DNA from: Thermodesulfovibrionia bacterium
Lineage (GTDB): Bacteria; Nitrospirota; Thermodesulfovibrionia; UBA6902
Assembly: GCA_030646035.1 (NCBI GenBank)
Contig: JAUSMY010000056.1
Span: forward strand, 5,481-69,480
Direction: 5' to 3'
Length of the DNA stretch: 64,000 bases
This document shows positions 28,262 to 37,122 of the stretch, piece by piece. Position 1 is the stretch's first letter; every line of letters starts with the position of its first letter. The notes beneath the pieces were generated by a model, which saw nothing but the letters and a program-made list of their open reading frames with translations, did no database searches and had not been told where the DNA came from. The position numbers and the translations under genes are program-made.

Positions 28262-30591
28262 TGAAGGCACTTACTGATGCGCAAAAACAGGCGATCGCAA
28301 ATGGCAAGCTCTATTCTGCCTATCTACTGGACATCACCCTGCAGGGCACAGGTGCGCCGACTCTCCACATATCAGACAGAACCATTACCGTCTCAGGTGT
28401 AACTTATCAGAATTATCTTAAGGACCTCTCCGGGCTGGGAGAAGAGATAGACCGTGCCAATTCTGAAGGCAGGAACGCGGACATCACGCTCGTATTCAAG
28501 AATAAACCGTACCTCACTTACAACTTCTTTATTCAGATAGGCAGCACATATCCGTTCGAGGGTGCGCTTATCACCATAAAAGAAATTCTTATTAATGATC
28601 TCAATGTCCCGGGAGAGCCGATAACGATCCATATGGGCGTCCTTGATGAGGCGCAGGATGTCGACACACTGAGCTTCACTTACCAAGCGTCATCGCTCTG
28701 GAAGTTGAAGGATGAGCAGTTCAAACAAGCTTTGATCACGGCTGCGGTTTACCCCGGAGCAGATCCTGATGATATTAATAAACCTGCAAATATTGGATAC
28801 GGCTCACTCCAGCAGGTGAAATGTCATGCTGTTGCCGCAGGGGCAGTGGATAATCTGACCGCCAATATAACAGCATCCAGCCCCGGCAATATCGGGACAC
28901 TTGTTCTGTCAGATGCCTCTAAATACCCTGCCAGCGGTGCCTTCACTATCCAGACAGAGAGCGAGCAGATACGTATTGCTTCCAGAAGCGGCAACACCCT
29001 GACTCTTGCCTCATCAGGCGCCAGGGGATACAACAGCACCACAGCGGCGGCACATGATAAAGGAATGGCTGTTTTTGAGGTTAAGACGGAGTATATCTAT
29101 CTAATAAAAAATCATCCTGTAAAGGCTATAGGCAATGTCTATGTTGATAAAATCAGGCAGTTGACCGGTTACACAGCTTACACCGGGCAGAGTGGGGATG
29201 AGCTTAGCGGTTATGAAGGAAAGGCGGTTATTAAATTCACAGTCAAGCCGGTTGTGCAAAAGCAGGTGAATTTGGGAGTAGATGTCACGAATCCTACTCA
29301 CGGTCATCAATTTAATGGAGCCTCACAAAATCAAAATGCCAGTACGTTGGTTTCTCCCGCGTATGGATGTTCCGATCTTGGCGGTTCATTGACCCAAAAC
29401 ATAACCTTTGTCAGCCTTGCTACTGCATATCAAGGGAACAGCGCCACTGTTGGATTTACCGTGTCTTATAACAACTGTGGAATCCCCGATTATTGTGAGG
29501 TAAAGATTGGCGGTATCACGGTTTTTAAAAGGGTGAATGGGTCTACTACAATTAATCTTGGCACAAGCGTAAGCTTGGAAATGGCGTATAGTGGAGGGTC
29601 AAAGGATTTGATTCCTGTGTACATCAACGAGAGTTCTGGGTATAACCCTAACCCACACACACAGAGTGGGATAAAATGCCAAATCAATTCAGCCAGTCGT
29701 GTTGCTATCTTTAATGATGCTTCATCTTCAACAGCACAAAATACATCTGCAAGTCTTACCGGTAATTCATCCGCCGACACTGTCATCGGCACGAGTGTTA
29801 ATGCCGACGTTGACTGCTGGAAAGACGACGCCTTCGGGACATACACCGGCACGGCAAACGCCCTGATTGAGCGGCCTGACCACGTCTTTAAGCACTTCCT
29901 CGACGTCTATTTTGGCTATGCGCTGACTGATATCGATACGGCAAGCTTTGCGGCAGCAGGGGCATTATATGCCTCAGCCATATCCGGCGGATATAAGTTC
30001 GCCTTTTGTATTAATAAAGAGATCCGCTCGGCAAAGCAGGAAATCCTTGAGAACCTGGCATCTCAGTGCCGTAGCACATTAGTCGAGGAAGGTGGCAAGT
30101 GGTACCTGGATTATATCCCTGATACTGCACCAACAGAGGACAAAACTATTAAGGCATCTGAGCTTGTCGGTGAATACGCAAAGTTCCTTTTCCATAAAAC
30201 AGCGCGAGTGGATATTGAGAACGACCTCACGGCCAAATTTGGGGAGAACTACGGGAAGCTGAGCTATGATGAGTCAGAATGGCAAGGCACAGCAACTGCC
30301 TCAGACTCTACCTCACAGGGTAAGTACGGAATAAAGCCCACAAACTATATCTTCAACGCTATCCGGTCGCAGGCCATGGCAGATCATGTCCTGGCATTTA
30401 AACTCTTGCAAAAGAAGAATCCTCTCTGGTTAATAGATGCGACACTCTTCTGGCAGCATTACGACCTCGAAAGAGGCGATACAATAGCGATTGAGAACAC
30501 CCTTAACAACGGCATGAACTTCTTTCTTGAATGGGTCGGAAGGTCCCGGAAGGGCTTTGTGGAAATCAAGGGGAAGGAGTGGGTAGGATGA
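28261..30591 (+). CDS. Tail tip / baseplate hub protein
   Basis: YPGADPDDI.KP.NI.YG, SQGKYG, LERGDTI.I; carries a Ser/Asn-rich, more AT-rich internal segment at about 29290-29760. Confidence 0.65.
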   Translation: MKALTDAQKQAIANGKLYSAYLLDITLQGTGAPTLHISDRTITVSGVTYQNYLKDLSGLGEEIDRANSEGRNADITLVFKNKPYLTYNFFIQIGSTYPFEGALITIKEILINDLNVPGEPITIHMGVLDEAQDVDTLSFTYQASSLWKLKDEQFKQALITAAVYPGADPDDINKPANIGYGSLQQVKCHAVAAGAVDNLTANITASSPGNIGTLVLSDASKYPASGAFTIQTESEQIRIASRSGNTLTLASSGARGYNSTTAAAHDKGMAVFEVKTEYIYLIKNHPVKAIGNVYVDKIRQLTGYTAYTGQSGDELSGYEGKAVIKFTVKPVVQKQVNLGVDVTNPTHGHQFNGASQNQNASTLVSPAYGCSDLGGSLTQNITFVSLATAYQGNSATVGFTVSYNNCGIPDYCEVKIGGITVFKRVNGSTTINLGTSVSLEMAYSGGSKDLIPVYINESSGYNPNPHTQSGIKCQINSASRVAIFNDASSSTAQNTSASLTGNSSADTVIGTSVNADVDCWKDDAFGTYTGTANALIERPDHVFKHFLDVYFGYALTDIDTASFAAAGALYASAISGGYKFAFCINKEIRSAKQEILENLASQCRSTLVEEGGKWYLDYIPDTAPTEDKTIKASELVGEYAKFLFHKTARVDIENDLTAKFGENYGKLSYDESEWQGTATASDSTSQGKYGIKPTNYIFNAIRSQAMADHVLAFKLLQKKNPLWLIDATLFWQHYDLERGDTIAIENTLNNGMNFFLEWVGRSRKGFVEIKGKEWVG

Positions 30592-30596
30592 TTGTG

Positions 30597-30660
30597 GACA
30601 TGTGATTAAGAACGCAGACTCAGCTAATTTCTTTCAATGTTTGCGTTATCACATCCTTTT
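30597..30660 (+). terminator. Possible terminator hairpin ending the tail operon
   Basis: ATGTGAT..AACGCAGAC pairs with GTTTGCGTT-ATCACAT, followed by CCTTTT; large loop. Confidence 0.4.
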
Positions 30661-30669
30661 AAATAATGA

Positions 30670-30698
30670 TTGACAAGTCCTTAATAAAATAATAGAGT
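30670..30698 (+). promoter_or_regulatory. Sigma70-like promoter for the first PilZ gene (likely leaderless)
   Basis: TTGACA 30670-30675, 17-nt spacer, TAGAGT 30693-30698; GTG start 6 nt later with no SD. Confidence 0.5.
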
Positions 30699-30704
30699 TA
30701 ATAA

Positions 30705-31037
30705 GTGGATATTGAAAAGAGGTTACATCCAAGAATAAATGTCGACATCAGATGTGAAATTATCTTTAAGGATAAAATCTATGACAGTCTTATTCATAAT
30801 GTGTCCATGGGAGGGTTATATATTGAATCAACCCCTGATCTCATCGGATACCCGGCAGGTCTTTCTTCAAATGATAATATTCAAGTAACATGTGTGCTCC
30901 CTTCAGGAGATAACATAATGCTTAAATGTCAGATAAAGTGGATTCTCATTCATGATAAACAACTGAATATCGGAGTGGAACTTATTGAGTCACCTTCTGC
31001 TTTTTTTGATTTCGTAAAAGAAATGGAATTAACTTAA
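30705..31037 (+). CDS. Stand-alone PilZ domain protein
   Basis: RxxxR (RLHPR) and NxSxxG (NVSMGG) c-di-GMP-binding motifs. Confidence 0.88.
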   Translation: MDIEKRLHPRINVDIRCEIIFKDKIYDSLIHNVSMGGLYIESTPDLIGYPAGLSSNDNIQVTCVLPSGDNIMLKCQIKWILIHDKQLNIGVELIESPSAFFDFVKEMELT

Positions 31038-31163
31038 AAGCTTGACAACTCCCCTATTACCACGGTTTTCTTAAATGAGTGTCTAGTATTATCTCATGAT
31101 TAATTTTGTAACGCATTATTGTAACCTATTGAATAGAGTAGCAACTTATAGTATATTTGTATA

Positions 31164-31493
31164 GTGGAAAGAAGGTGTTCAGAAAGAAAAGATGTTAAGA
31201 TCGATGTTAAGATCAGCTTATCCGGTAAAAGTTATGCCGGATTCATAGATAATATTTCTCCGGAAGGATTAGGTGCAACCATAGTAACAGCCCCTGAAGA
31301 AGATGTAAGCGGTTTTGTTAAAGGGACAAAACTTGAGCTGTCATTTCAAGCCAAAAGAGAAGAAATAACCCTGCAGTGTGAGATCAAATGGATAAATATA
31401 TCTTCAGAGATACATGTTGGCGTTATATACATTATAGGAGCTGAAATTATAGACCCGCCTGCTGAGTACAAAGAACTCATAAGAACTTTATAA
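31164..31493 (+). CDS. Stand-alone PilZ domain protein
   Basis: RxxxR (RCSER) and NISPEG motifs. Confidence 0.85.
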   Translation: MERRCSERKDVKIDVKISLSGKSYAGFIDNISPEGLGATIVTAPEEDVSGFVKGTKLELSFQAKREEITLQCEIKWINISSEIHVGVIYIIGAEIIDPPAEYKELIRTL

Positions 31494-31499
31494 ATTGCA

Positions 31500-32777
31500 A
31501 TGCAACGAAGAACTACAGTTAATCTAGGGAATTTGGCCCTCTCTCTTTCTGATGCCATGGATTTGGCAAGCCCTTCATTTGTTCAACATCAACAAAGAAC
31601 AGCCTTCGTTGTATGGGAACTGGGGAAAGTTGCAAATTTCTCAGATGAAACATTGGAAAATAATTTTATTGCGGCACTTCTTCATGATGTCGGTGCATTG
31701 ACATTAGAAGAAAGAATATCCATACATACCTCTAAAGTCGAAAATCTTGAGTTGCATTGCATCCGAGGAGAATTTTTACTCGCTCAATCACCTTTACTAA
31801 ATAAGGCATCAAAAATAATTCGATTTCACCACAAGCCATGGAAAAATTGGGACGTAACTATTGATCCCGCTTTTGCTTTAGAGGCACAGATGTTGTCTGT
31901 GGCTGATTACCTTGAGCACTTGATCGATCGCAATAAATATATTTTGCATCAGCATGAGAATATTATTTCAAATATTAGATCTCTTTCGGGTTCCTCATTT
32001 CACCCACAAGTCATAGATTATTTTCTCACGGCATCCGAGCGAGAGGAATTCTGGCTGGATCTGGTTTCCCCAAGATTATATTCTCTTTTACTTAATGAAG
32101 GGCCTTTAAGAAAGATAGAAATAGGCCTTTCCAAAATAGTTGTTATATCCGAGTTATTTCGGAATATTATTGATTTTCGGTCTCATTTTACCGCAACCCA
32201 TTCTTCCGGAGTTGCAGCAGCAGCTTCAATAATATCCAGGATATTTGGCCTCACTGAAACGGAAATTAACCTCATGGAGGTTGCCGGCAACTTGCATGAT
32301 CTGGGGAAATTAGCCATACCCAGTAGTATCCTGGAAAAGCCCGGGAAGCTTACAAAAGAAGAAATGTCTATTGTGAAATCACATCCATACTATACTTATT
32401 CCGTGATTAACACTATCGGAGGCCTTCAGCAGATGGCTGAATGGGCAGCTTATCATCATGAAAGACTCGATGGTTCAGGTTATCCATTTCATTGTAAATC
32501 AGATGACCTAAGTACCGGAGCGAGGATTCTATCAGTAGCAGACATATTCACGGCGTTAGCTGAGGATCGGCCTTATAGAAAAAGAATGTCCCCAAAAGAG
32601 ATTGTAGAGATAATTAAGCAATCTTCAGACCAGCAACTTCTGGATAAGAAGATCTGTAATCTTCTTTTTGATAATTTCGATGAAATTTCTTCCTATGTTA
32701 TTGATAAGCAGGCTGTTGCCAAGGATTTCTATGAACAGCAATTTGCCTTTATCGATCAAAACTCAGACGGATTTTAA
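31500..32777 (+). CDS. Tandem HD-[HD-GYP] cyclic-dinucleotide phosphodiesterase
   Basis: N-terminal H...LLHDVG...HH domain lacking GYP; C-terminal THS...LHDLGK...HP...HHERLDGSGYP...ADIFTAL.EDRPYR. Confidence 0.9.
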   Translation: MQRRTTVNLGNLALSLSDAMDLASPSFVQHQQRTAFVVWELGKVANFSDETLENNFIAALLHDVGALTLEERISIHTSKVENLELHCIRGEFLLAQSPLLNKASKIIRFHHKPWKNWDVTIDPAFALEAQMLSVADYLEHLIDRNKYILHQHENIISNIRSLSGSSFHPQVIDYFLTASEREEFWLDLVSPRLYSLLLNEGPLRKIEIGLSKIVVISELFRNIIDFRSHFTATHSSGVAAAASIISRIFGLTETEINLMEVAGNLHDLGKLAIPSSILEKPGKLTKEEMSIVKSHPYYTYSVINTIGGLQQMAEWAAYHHERLDGSGYPFHCKSDDLSTGARILSVADIFTALAEDRPYRKRMSPKEIVEIIKQSSDQQLLDKKICNLLFDNFDEISSYVIDKQAVAKDFYEQQFAFIDQNSDGF

Positions 32778-32819
32778 GTTATTACGTATCTTCTATATAT
32801 TTGTTATAATTTTGAGCAG

Positions 32820-33059
32820 ATGATTAATGGAAAAGCAGAAAATAAGTTGTCTGAAGAGTCTTGTATTCGATTTGGCTCTATAGCAATTGCCAAAAGATAT
32901 ATTACTATTGACCAATTACTAAAAGCGTTAAATGAGCAAGTAATTAATGACGTTATAAATAAGCAGCATAAACTTATTGGAGAAATTCTGTTAAAGAATG
33001 GTTGGATGACAGAGAAGCAAATTGAATTGGTTTTATGTGAACTTCGTAAAAAAGATTGA
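32820..33059 (+). CDS. Stand-alone MshEN-like c-di-GMP-binding protein
   Basis: Two 24-aa units RFGSIAIAKRYITIDQLLKALNEQ and LIGEILLKNGWMTEKQIELVLCEL match RLGxxhhxxGhhxxxxLxxxLxxQ; TGTTATAAT just upstream. Confidence 0.7.
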   Translation: MINGKAENKLSEESCIRFGSIAIAKRYITIDQLLKALNEQVINDVINKQHKLIGEILLKNGWMTEKQIELVLCELRKKD

Positions 33060-33105
33060 AGATATTAATGTAATCAGTAAGTTTCTTGTTTTTATTCTTC
33101 GTAGG

Positions 33106-33435
33106 TTATCCCTTACTTGCTTTCCAGTCTTTCAATAACCTGAGTATAGTGTGTTTTGCTTCCGGAAGGTCATTTTTTAATATTCGTGATATCAATGCAA
33201 GCTCAGGATCATCTTTCTGTGAGGCACTATTATCACCGACAAGCAGCCAGCCGGGATCGCATTGCAGGGTTTCAGACATCTTCGATAGCAGCTCAGCGCT
33301 TGGGATCCTGTGACCGCGCTCATATTTATTTAAAGTTGGATATGCAACCCCTATCGCCTTTGCCAGCTTATCTTGAGTAAGTCCGGCCTTTTTACGAGCG
33401 ATTTTGATTCGCTGTCCTAATGGGTTATTGATCAA
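33106..33435 (-). CDS. XRE-family HTH regulator
   Basis: LGQRIKIARKKAGLTQDKLAKAIGV...LNKYERG.RIP...WLL.G. Confidence 0.88.
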   Translation of the reverse strand: MINNPLGQRIKIARKKAGLTQDKLAKAIGVAYPTLNKYERGHRIPSAELLSKMSETLQCDPGWLLVGDNSASQKDDPELALISRILKNDLPEAKHTILRLLKDWKASKG

Positions 33436-33566
33436 ATTCTCTCACTTTTTTTTATGAACCTCTCCATCGTGCTCTTCTCATGCCTTAATTTTAAGACATT
33501 TTAGAAGGCATATTATTTTAACTATATAGAAATCCTTACCGCCGGTTGAGGAGTCGGCTGACCAGG

Positions 33567-34058
33567 TTAATATTGCATTGGGAATACGGAATGATTATGA
33601 TCCCACCAAAGTATATAAAGAATTTCAGCTTGTCGTATACCCCACAAGCGTTCCCTTGCAGCAAATCTTAAAGAATATAATTCATCCAGATCATCTAAGT
33701 TTAGTTCTTTTAATCTATCCCTGGCATCTTTACATATTTTACTTACTGGCATGAAATGGTTTTGAGGAGAACCTTTACTGATTCGCTTAGTTGCGATTTC
33801 TCCCCATGTCATTGTCTCAAAACTTTTTAGTCTATTTTGTATTGTTTTGAAAGCATCCGCACTATTTAAATTTCCCCAGCCCCATTGCCCTTCAAAATCT
33901 ATCATACCCATTCGCCATACAGGCCTTTTTTGGTTTATTGACTCTGGTGAATGAGCGTAATCAATAGTTGGAGTTTTTTTACCGGAAGGAGTTTCTACTC
34001 TGTTGGGGGTTTTTGCTGTTGATGGCTGTATTTGCCACTTGGGCCTCTTGTTACTCAA
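33567..34058 (-). CDS. Putative RelE-like toxin partner of the Panacea antitoxin
   Basis: ATGA-coupled behind the Panacea gene; LYSLRF...RLWGIR....YILWWD.NH beta-sheet core. Confidence 0.6.
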   Translation of the reverse strand: MSNKRPKWQIQPSTAKTPNRVETPSGKKTPTIDYAHSPESINQKRPVWRMGMIDFEGQWGWGNLNSADAFKTIQNRLKSFETMTWGEIATKRISKGSPQNHFMPVSKICKDARDRLKELNLDDLDELYSLRFAARERLWGIRQAEILYILWWDHNHSVFPMQY

Positions 34059-34486
34059 AGCCCGCTATAATACTCCATCATGCTTGCATGAGTAATAGTT
34101 CTGTTCCCGCGCATATTTGGAGCCACGCCAGTGCGTGCATCTTTCCAAGGATCTTCTTTATGTGTGAGCTCTGAAAGCCACTGTGAGGTTTTGTCACCAT
34201 AATAGTTTAAGACACCATTAATTGTTGCTCTTTGTTTTTTAGAAAGGCGAGAGGGATCCCCGACTCTTAATGAAGATATATTAAAATAACCTTTATGTTT
34301 ATCATAAAGTTCTCTTACTACAGGACCATTAGCCCACGCTTCAATCTCTTCATTAAAAATAGGCGCTTCATCCCATACGAGTGACCACGCTTGGCAATAA
34401 TAAACAAGCTTTTGAAGCTTCATGGTAGTCATTACCCCATGTTTGTTTAATATGTATGCTGCTATATCATAAACCGAAACAGACAT
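34055..34486 (-). CDS. Panacea (DUF4065/SocA-like) antitoxin
   Basis: DIAAYIL...MKLQKLVYY.QAW...IEAWANGPVV.ELY...LSELTH.E.PW. Confidence 0.9.
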   Translation of the reverse strand: MSVSVYDIAAYILNKHGVMTTMKLQKLVYYCQAWSLVWDEAPIFNEEIEAWANGPVVRELYDKHKGYFNISSLRVGDPSRLSKKQRATINGVLNYYGDKTSQWLSELTHKEDPWKDARTGVAPNMRGNRTITHASMMEYYSGL

Positions 34487-34596
34487 CGCCTTCTCCTTTT
34501 TTCTTATGATTCAATTATAGCAGTTTTTGTTAATAAATTATCAAGATTAATAGGCATATTGTAATATTTTATAACCAATCATCAGGCCCTTACTGT

Positions 34597-34803
34597 TTAT
34601 TTCTTCTTTGTTCCATAAGGTGATTGATTTGTAGGTTTTAAGGAGATTTTCTCTTCACTGGCTTTTGTCTGCACGGCACCGGGTGTGCGGCCTATCTTAA
34701 GACCAATGACTCTTGTAGGGGTGTTTTCTTTGGCTAGTTGTTTCAGTTGTTTAACGTCTGTTTCTGTCCATGCCTTGCCATTATTACGGGTTGATTTGCT
34801 CAT
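34597..34803 (-). CDS. Small Myb/HTH-like hypothetical protein
   Basis: GGAGGG SD before MSKSTRNNGKAWT...LKQLAKENTPTRVIGLKIGRT...SLKPTNQSPY. Confidence 0.65.
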   Translation of the reverse strand: MSKSTRNNGKAWTETDVKQLKQLAKENTPTRVIGLKIGRTPGAVQTKASEEKISLKPTNQSPYGTKKK

Positions 34804-34970
34804 TGCTTTTCCCTCCATATTTAAAGGATTGACATATCAAAGCACATCTTATTCACTCTTCCAATATACTTGCCAATATAGTTAATTTCTTAATCATTCG
34901 TGATAATTCGGTTGAGAGTAGGCGGTATTTGCAATTATAACAACCCTTTTTAAAATGATCGTATTGAAGC

Positions 34971-35360
34971 CTAAGCTGATTTGGATCTTCTTTCCTTCTT
35001 TTTTTGAGGAAGGGGAGTACTTTTACTTTTGCCGCCTCCTTCGTCGGTTATGATTTCAACAAATTTCTCGATCTTATCAGCATCCTCAGGATGCTTTTGA
35101 AGGTGCTTCTCTATCTTTGCGGCAATCTTCCAGACACTATCTTTTACGTTTGTATCATATTCTTTGGCGCCGTATCTTAACCAGGCAGGGTGTACATCAA
35201 AATACTCAGCCAGTTTTGCTGCATTCTCATCCCGTGGTTGAGTACGGCCATTTACCCAGCTTCTAATTGTTGATTCAGGCTTCCCCAAATCTTTTGCTAA
35301 TTTATATTGAGATATTCCTTTATTTTTAATGAGATTCTTTAATCTGGCAGGAAATGACAT
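34971..35360 (-). CDS. CI-like XRE repressor without an S24 peptidase domain
   Basis: RLKNL...ISQYKLAKDLG...TIRSW.NG...P...LAEYFDVHPAWLRYG; divergent from the early operon. Confidence 0.85.
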   Translation of the reverse strand: MSFPARLKNLIKNKGISQYKLAKDLGKPESTIRSWVNGRTQPRDENAAKLAEYFDVHPAWLRYGAKEYDTNVKDSVWKIAAKIEKHLQKHPEDADKIEKFVEIITDEGGGKSKSTPLPQKKKERRSKSA

Positions 35361-35414
35361 AGGTATATCTTCTCTCTAAACACCGCAAAAATCAATACGC
35401 AACAAATAAACCGC

Positions 35415-35443
35415 TTGACACCGCACAAAATGTGTGGTATAAA
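35415..35443 (+). promoter_or_regulatory. Early rightward promoter with a palindromic operator in the spacer
   Basis: TTGACA 35415-35420, 17 nt, TG-g-TATAAA 35438-35443; ACCGCACA-AAA-TGTGTGGT dyad; extra ACCGC half-sites upstream. Confidence 0.75.
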
Positions 35444-35451
35444 ATTACACA

Positions 35452-35640
35452 ATGATACCTGGTAAAAATCATTTTAAATTATCCCATGCACACGGACAAG
35501 TAGAAAGGTTTGTCGTTTTTCTATTAACCGATCTCTCTCATCCGAAGACTGAATTCATCGGACTGAGATCTGTCCTGCCGGGCAACTCCTCTTACTACCA
35601 GGTATCAGAAGTCCCGGCAGGGCAACCATAAAAAGGAGAG
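35452..35640 (+). ncRNA. Structured early leader RNA (pseudoknot or switch); also a 59-codon leaderless ORF at 35452-35631
   Basis: Perfect 12-bp pairing 35453-35464 with 35596-35607, crossing a 12-bp stem 35571-35582/35613-35624; CTCCT anti-SD in the loop. Confidence 0.55.
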
Positions 35641-35682
35641 TACTTTCAATGCCGTCATCATCACACGAAGCGAGGATGCAGA

Positions 35683-35919
35683 ATGAGAGAGACTTTGGAC
35701 CTTACTCTATTGCAGATAAATAAGTACCAGGCAAAGCGCCGTATTGACTGGGTACTCTTGGGCTTTATTGCGGTCTGTGTCCTGGTCACGGTCTTTGCCT
35801 GTATGAAGATCAAGGAACGCGCTGATAACCCTACCGAGTATGAGCAATTCGTCATGGAGAACTATAAAAACGGTATAACTCTACAAGATACACTGAGGAT
35901 GGCAGAGAATGGCAAATAA
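35683..35919 (+). CDS. Small single-TM phage protein
   Basis: GAGG SD; WVLLGFIAVCVLVTVFAC hydrophobic helix. Confidence 0.55.
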   Translation: MRETLDLTLLQINKYQAKRRIDWVLLGFIAVCVLVTVFACMKIKERADNPTEYEQFVMENYKNGITLQDTLRMAENGK

Positions 35920-36532
35920 ACACTTCAATAAAGGCATCGCATGGGGCAAGCTCGAAGGCCTCAGACGCACGACTTCTGACAGCGTAGACAAGAAGCCTTA
36001 TCTCAAGATATATCTGCACTGTCACAACGCCCTGCACGGCAATGTAAAGGTTTACGGCCGTATTTGGGGCGCGGATCGCATCGCTGAGGCAGAGAAGCTC
36101 CTGATGGACGAGGACAAGCAGCTTAAAAAGGGCATGGGACTGAGACTGGAAGGCTTCTTTAATCAATATGACAAAAAAGTTGAAGACGAGATCACCCGCC
36201 TCAGTAACTTCACATTCTTTCAGATCGCTCCATATGACGGCACGGAATATCGGGCGGTCTTTATCCTGACCGGAGTGATCGAGATCATCTTAAGAGACTT
36301 GGAAGAGGGCAGTATCAGGCTCAGCCTGGATAGACAGGGGAATCAGCCTGAGGAGTTTTTGCTCTATACGGACGACCAGAAAGAACTTAAAGGATTAGAA
36401 GCCGGGCAGACCGTCCAGATCAAAGGGATGATGGCTGAGCAGGGAGAAGAGGATTATTTCGGCGCAAGCTCAGGCATTTTTAGGGCATATGCGAAAGAGA
36501 TAAAAATACTTGAGGAGGTGGAGGTATTTTGA
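35909..36532 (+). CDS. Putative tandem OB-fold single-stranded DNA-binding protein
   Basis: NK.I..G.L...IWG...LKKG..L.LEG and LEAGQTVQIKG...AKEIKIL SSB-like patterns; acidic-aromatic C-terminus EEVEVF. Confidence 0.5.
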   Translation: MANKHFNKGIAWGKLEGLRRTTSDSVDKKPYLKIYLHCHNALHGNVKVYGRIWGADRIAEAEKLLMDEDKQLKKGMGLRLEGFFNQYDKKVEDEITRLSNFTFFQIAPYDGTEYRAVFILTGVIEIILRDLEEGSIRLSLDRQGNQPEEFLLYTDDQKELKGLEAGQTVQIKGMMAEQGEEDYFGASSGIFRAYAKEIKILEEVEVF

Positions 36533-36873
36533 AGAGATCATACTCATGGAATAGAGAGATATTTTTGAAAGCCTTGAAGTTCATTGGCAGGTATGAACTG
36601 AAGCACCTGAAGGATGACATGAACCTTGTCGGCGCCTTTGATTGGTTCGAAATAGCGCACCCGGAGAAGTACAGAGAGTATCTCTTGGCATGTCAGGAGA
36701 TGCACAGCTTATGGGATAAAAACGATCCTGCGTCACAGGAACAGTTTAAGCAGCTCGTCAAGCAATACGTCGACACCTGCGCCTGGCTGATCACTCAATA
36801 CATCTCACACTTGAAAGAGCAGGAAGAACTTAAAAAATATCCACAGGGCGAACTGGCTCTGATGGAGGCGTAG
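36529..36873 (+). CDS. Hypothetical phage protein
   Basis: GGAGGT SD, TTG start overlapping the upstream stop. Confidence 0.55.
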   Translation: MKRSYSWNREIFLKALKFIGRYELKHLKDDMNLVGAFDWFEIAHPEKYREYLLACQEMHSLWDKNDPASQEQFKQLVKQYVDTCAWLITQYISHLKEQEELKKYPQGELALMEA

Positions 36874-36903
36874 ATGAAGAAATTTAAAAATATAACTTTA
36901 TTC

Positions 36904-36933
36904 TTGACATCATTAATGTTATGTGTTTATAAT
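36904..36933 (+). promoter_or_regulatory. Consensus sigma70 promoter inside the early operon
   Basis: TTGACA 36904-36909, 18 nt, TATAAT 36928-36933. Confidence 0.75.
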
Positions 36934-36939
36934 TTTAGC

Positions 36940-37120
36940 ATAGAGTCTTTGAGGGCCTTCTCCGGCCTCCGTAGCGCAAGCACGGAAAGGAGGTTTTTAG
37001 TTTTTACGGGTAAGTTTTCCCGGAGTGTTCCACTAACCGCGAGGCGTGGACGGTTCTCAAAGGCCGCTATAACACTCTGGGATTTTTTATTGCCCGGAAA
37101 TATAGAAACTTTGAGGAGGC
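36940..37120 (+). ncRNA. C4/CI-like antisense regulatory RNA with upstream and RBS-overlapping target repeats
   Basis: Stem 37007-37029/37071-37096; loop GGTTCTCAAAGGCCGCTAT complementary to ATAGAGTCTTTGAGG (36940) and ATAGAAACTTTGAGG (37102). Confidence 0.6.
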
Positions 37121-37122
37121 GT

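Noticed and set aside
30590-30704. Possible c-di-GMP riboswitch ahead of the PilZ cassette
   Set aside because: Only a simple hairpin; no GEMM-type tetraloop/receptor architecture recognised.
36874-37122. N-terminal 83 codons of the 180-aa ORF
   Set aside because: Spans a consensus promoter and a structured RNA; a strong SD supports ATG 37123 instead.
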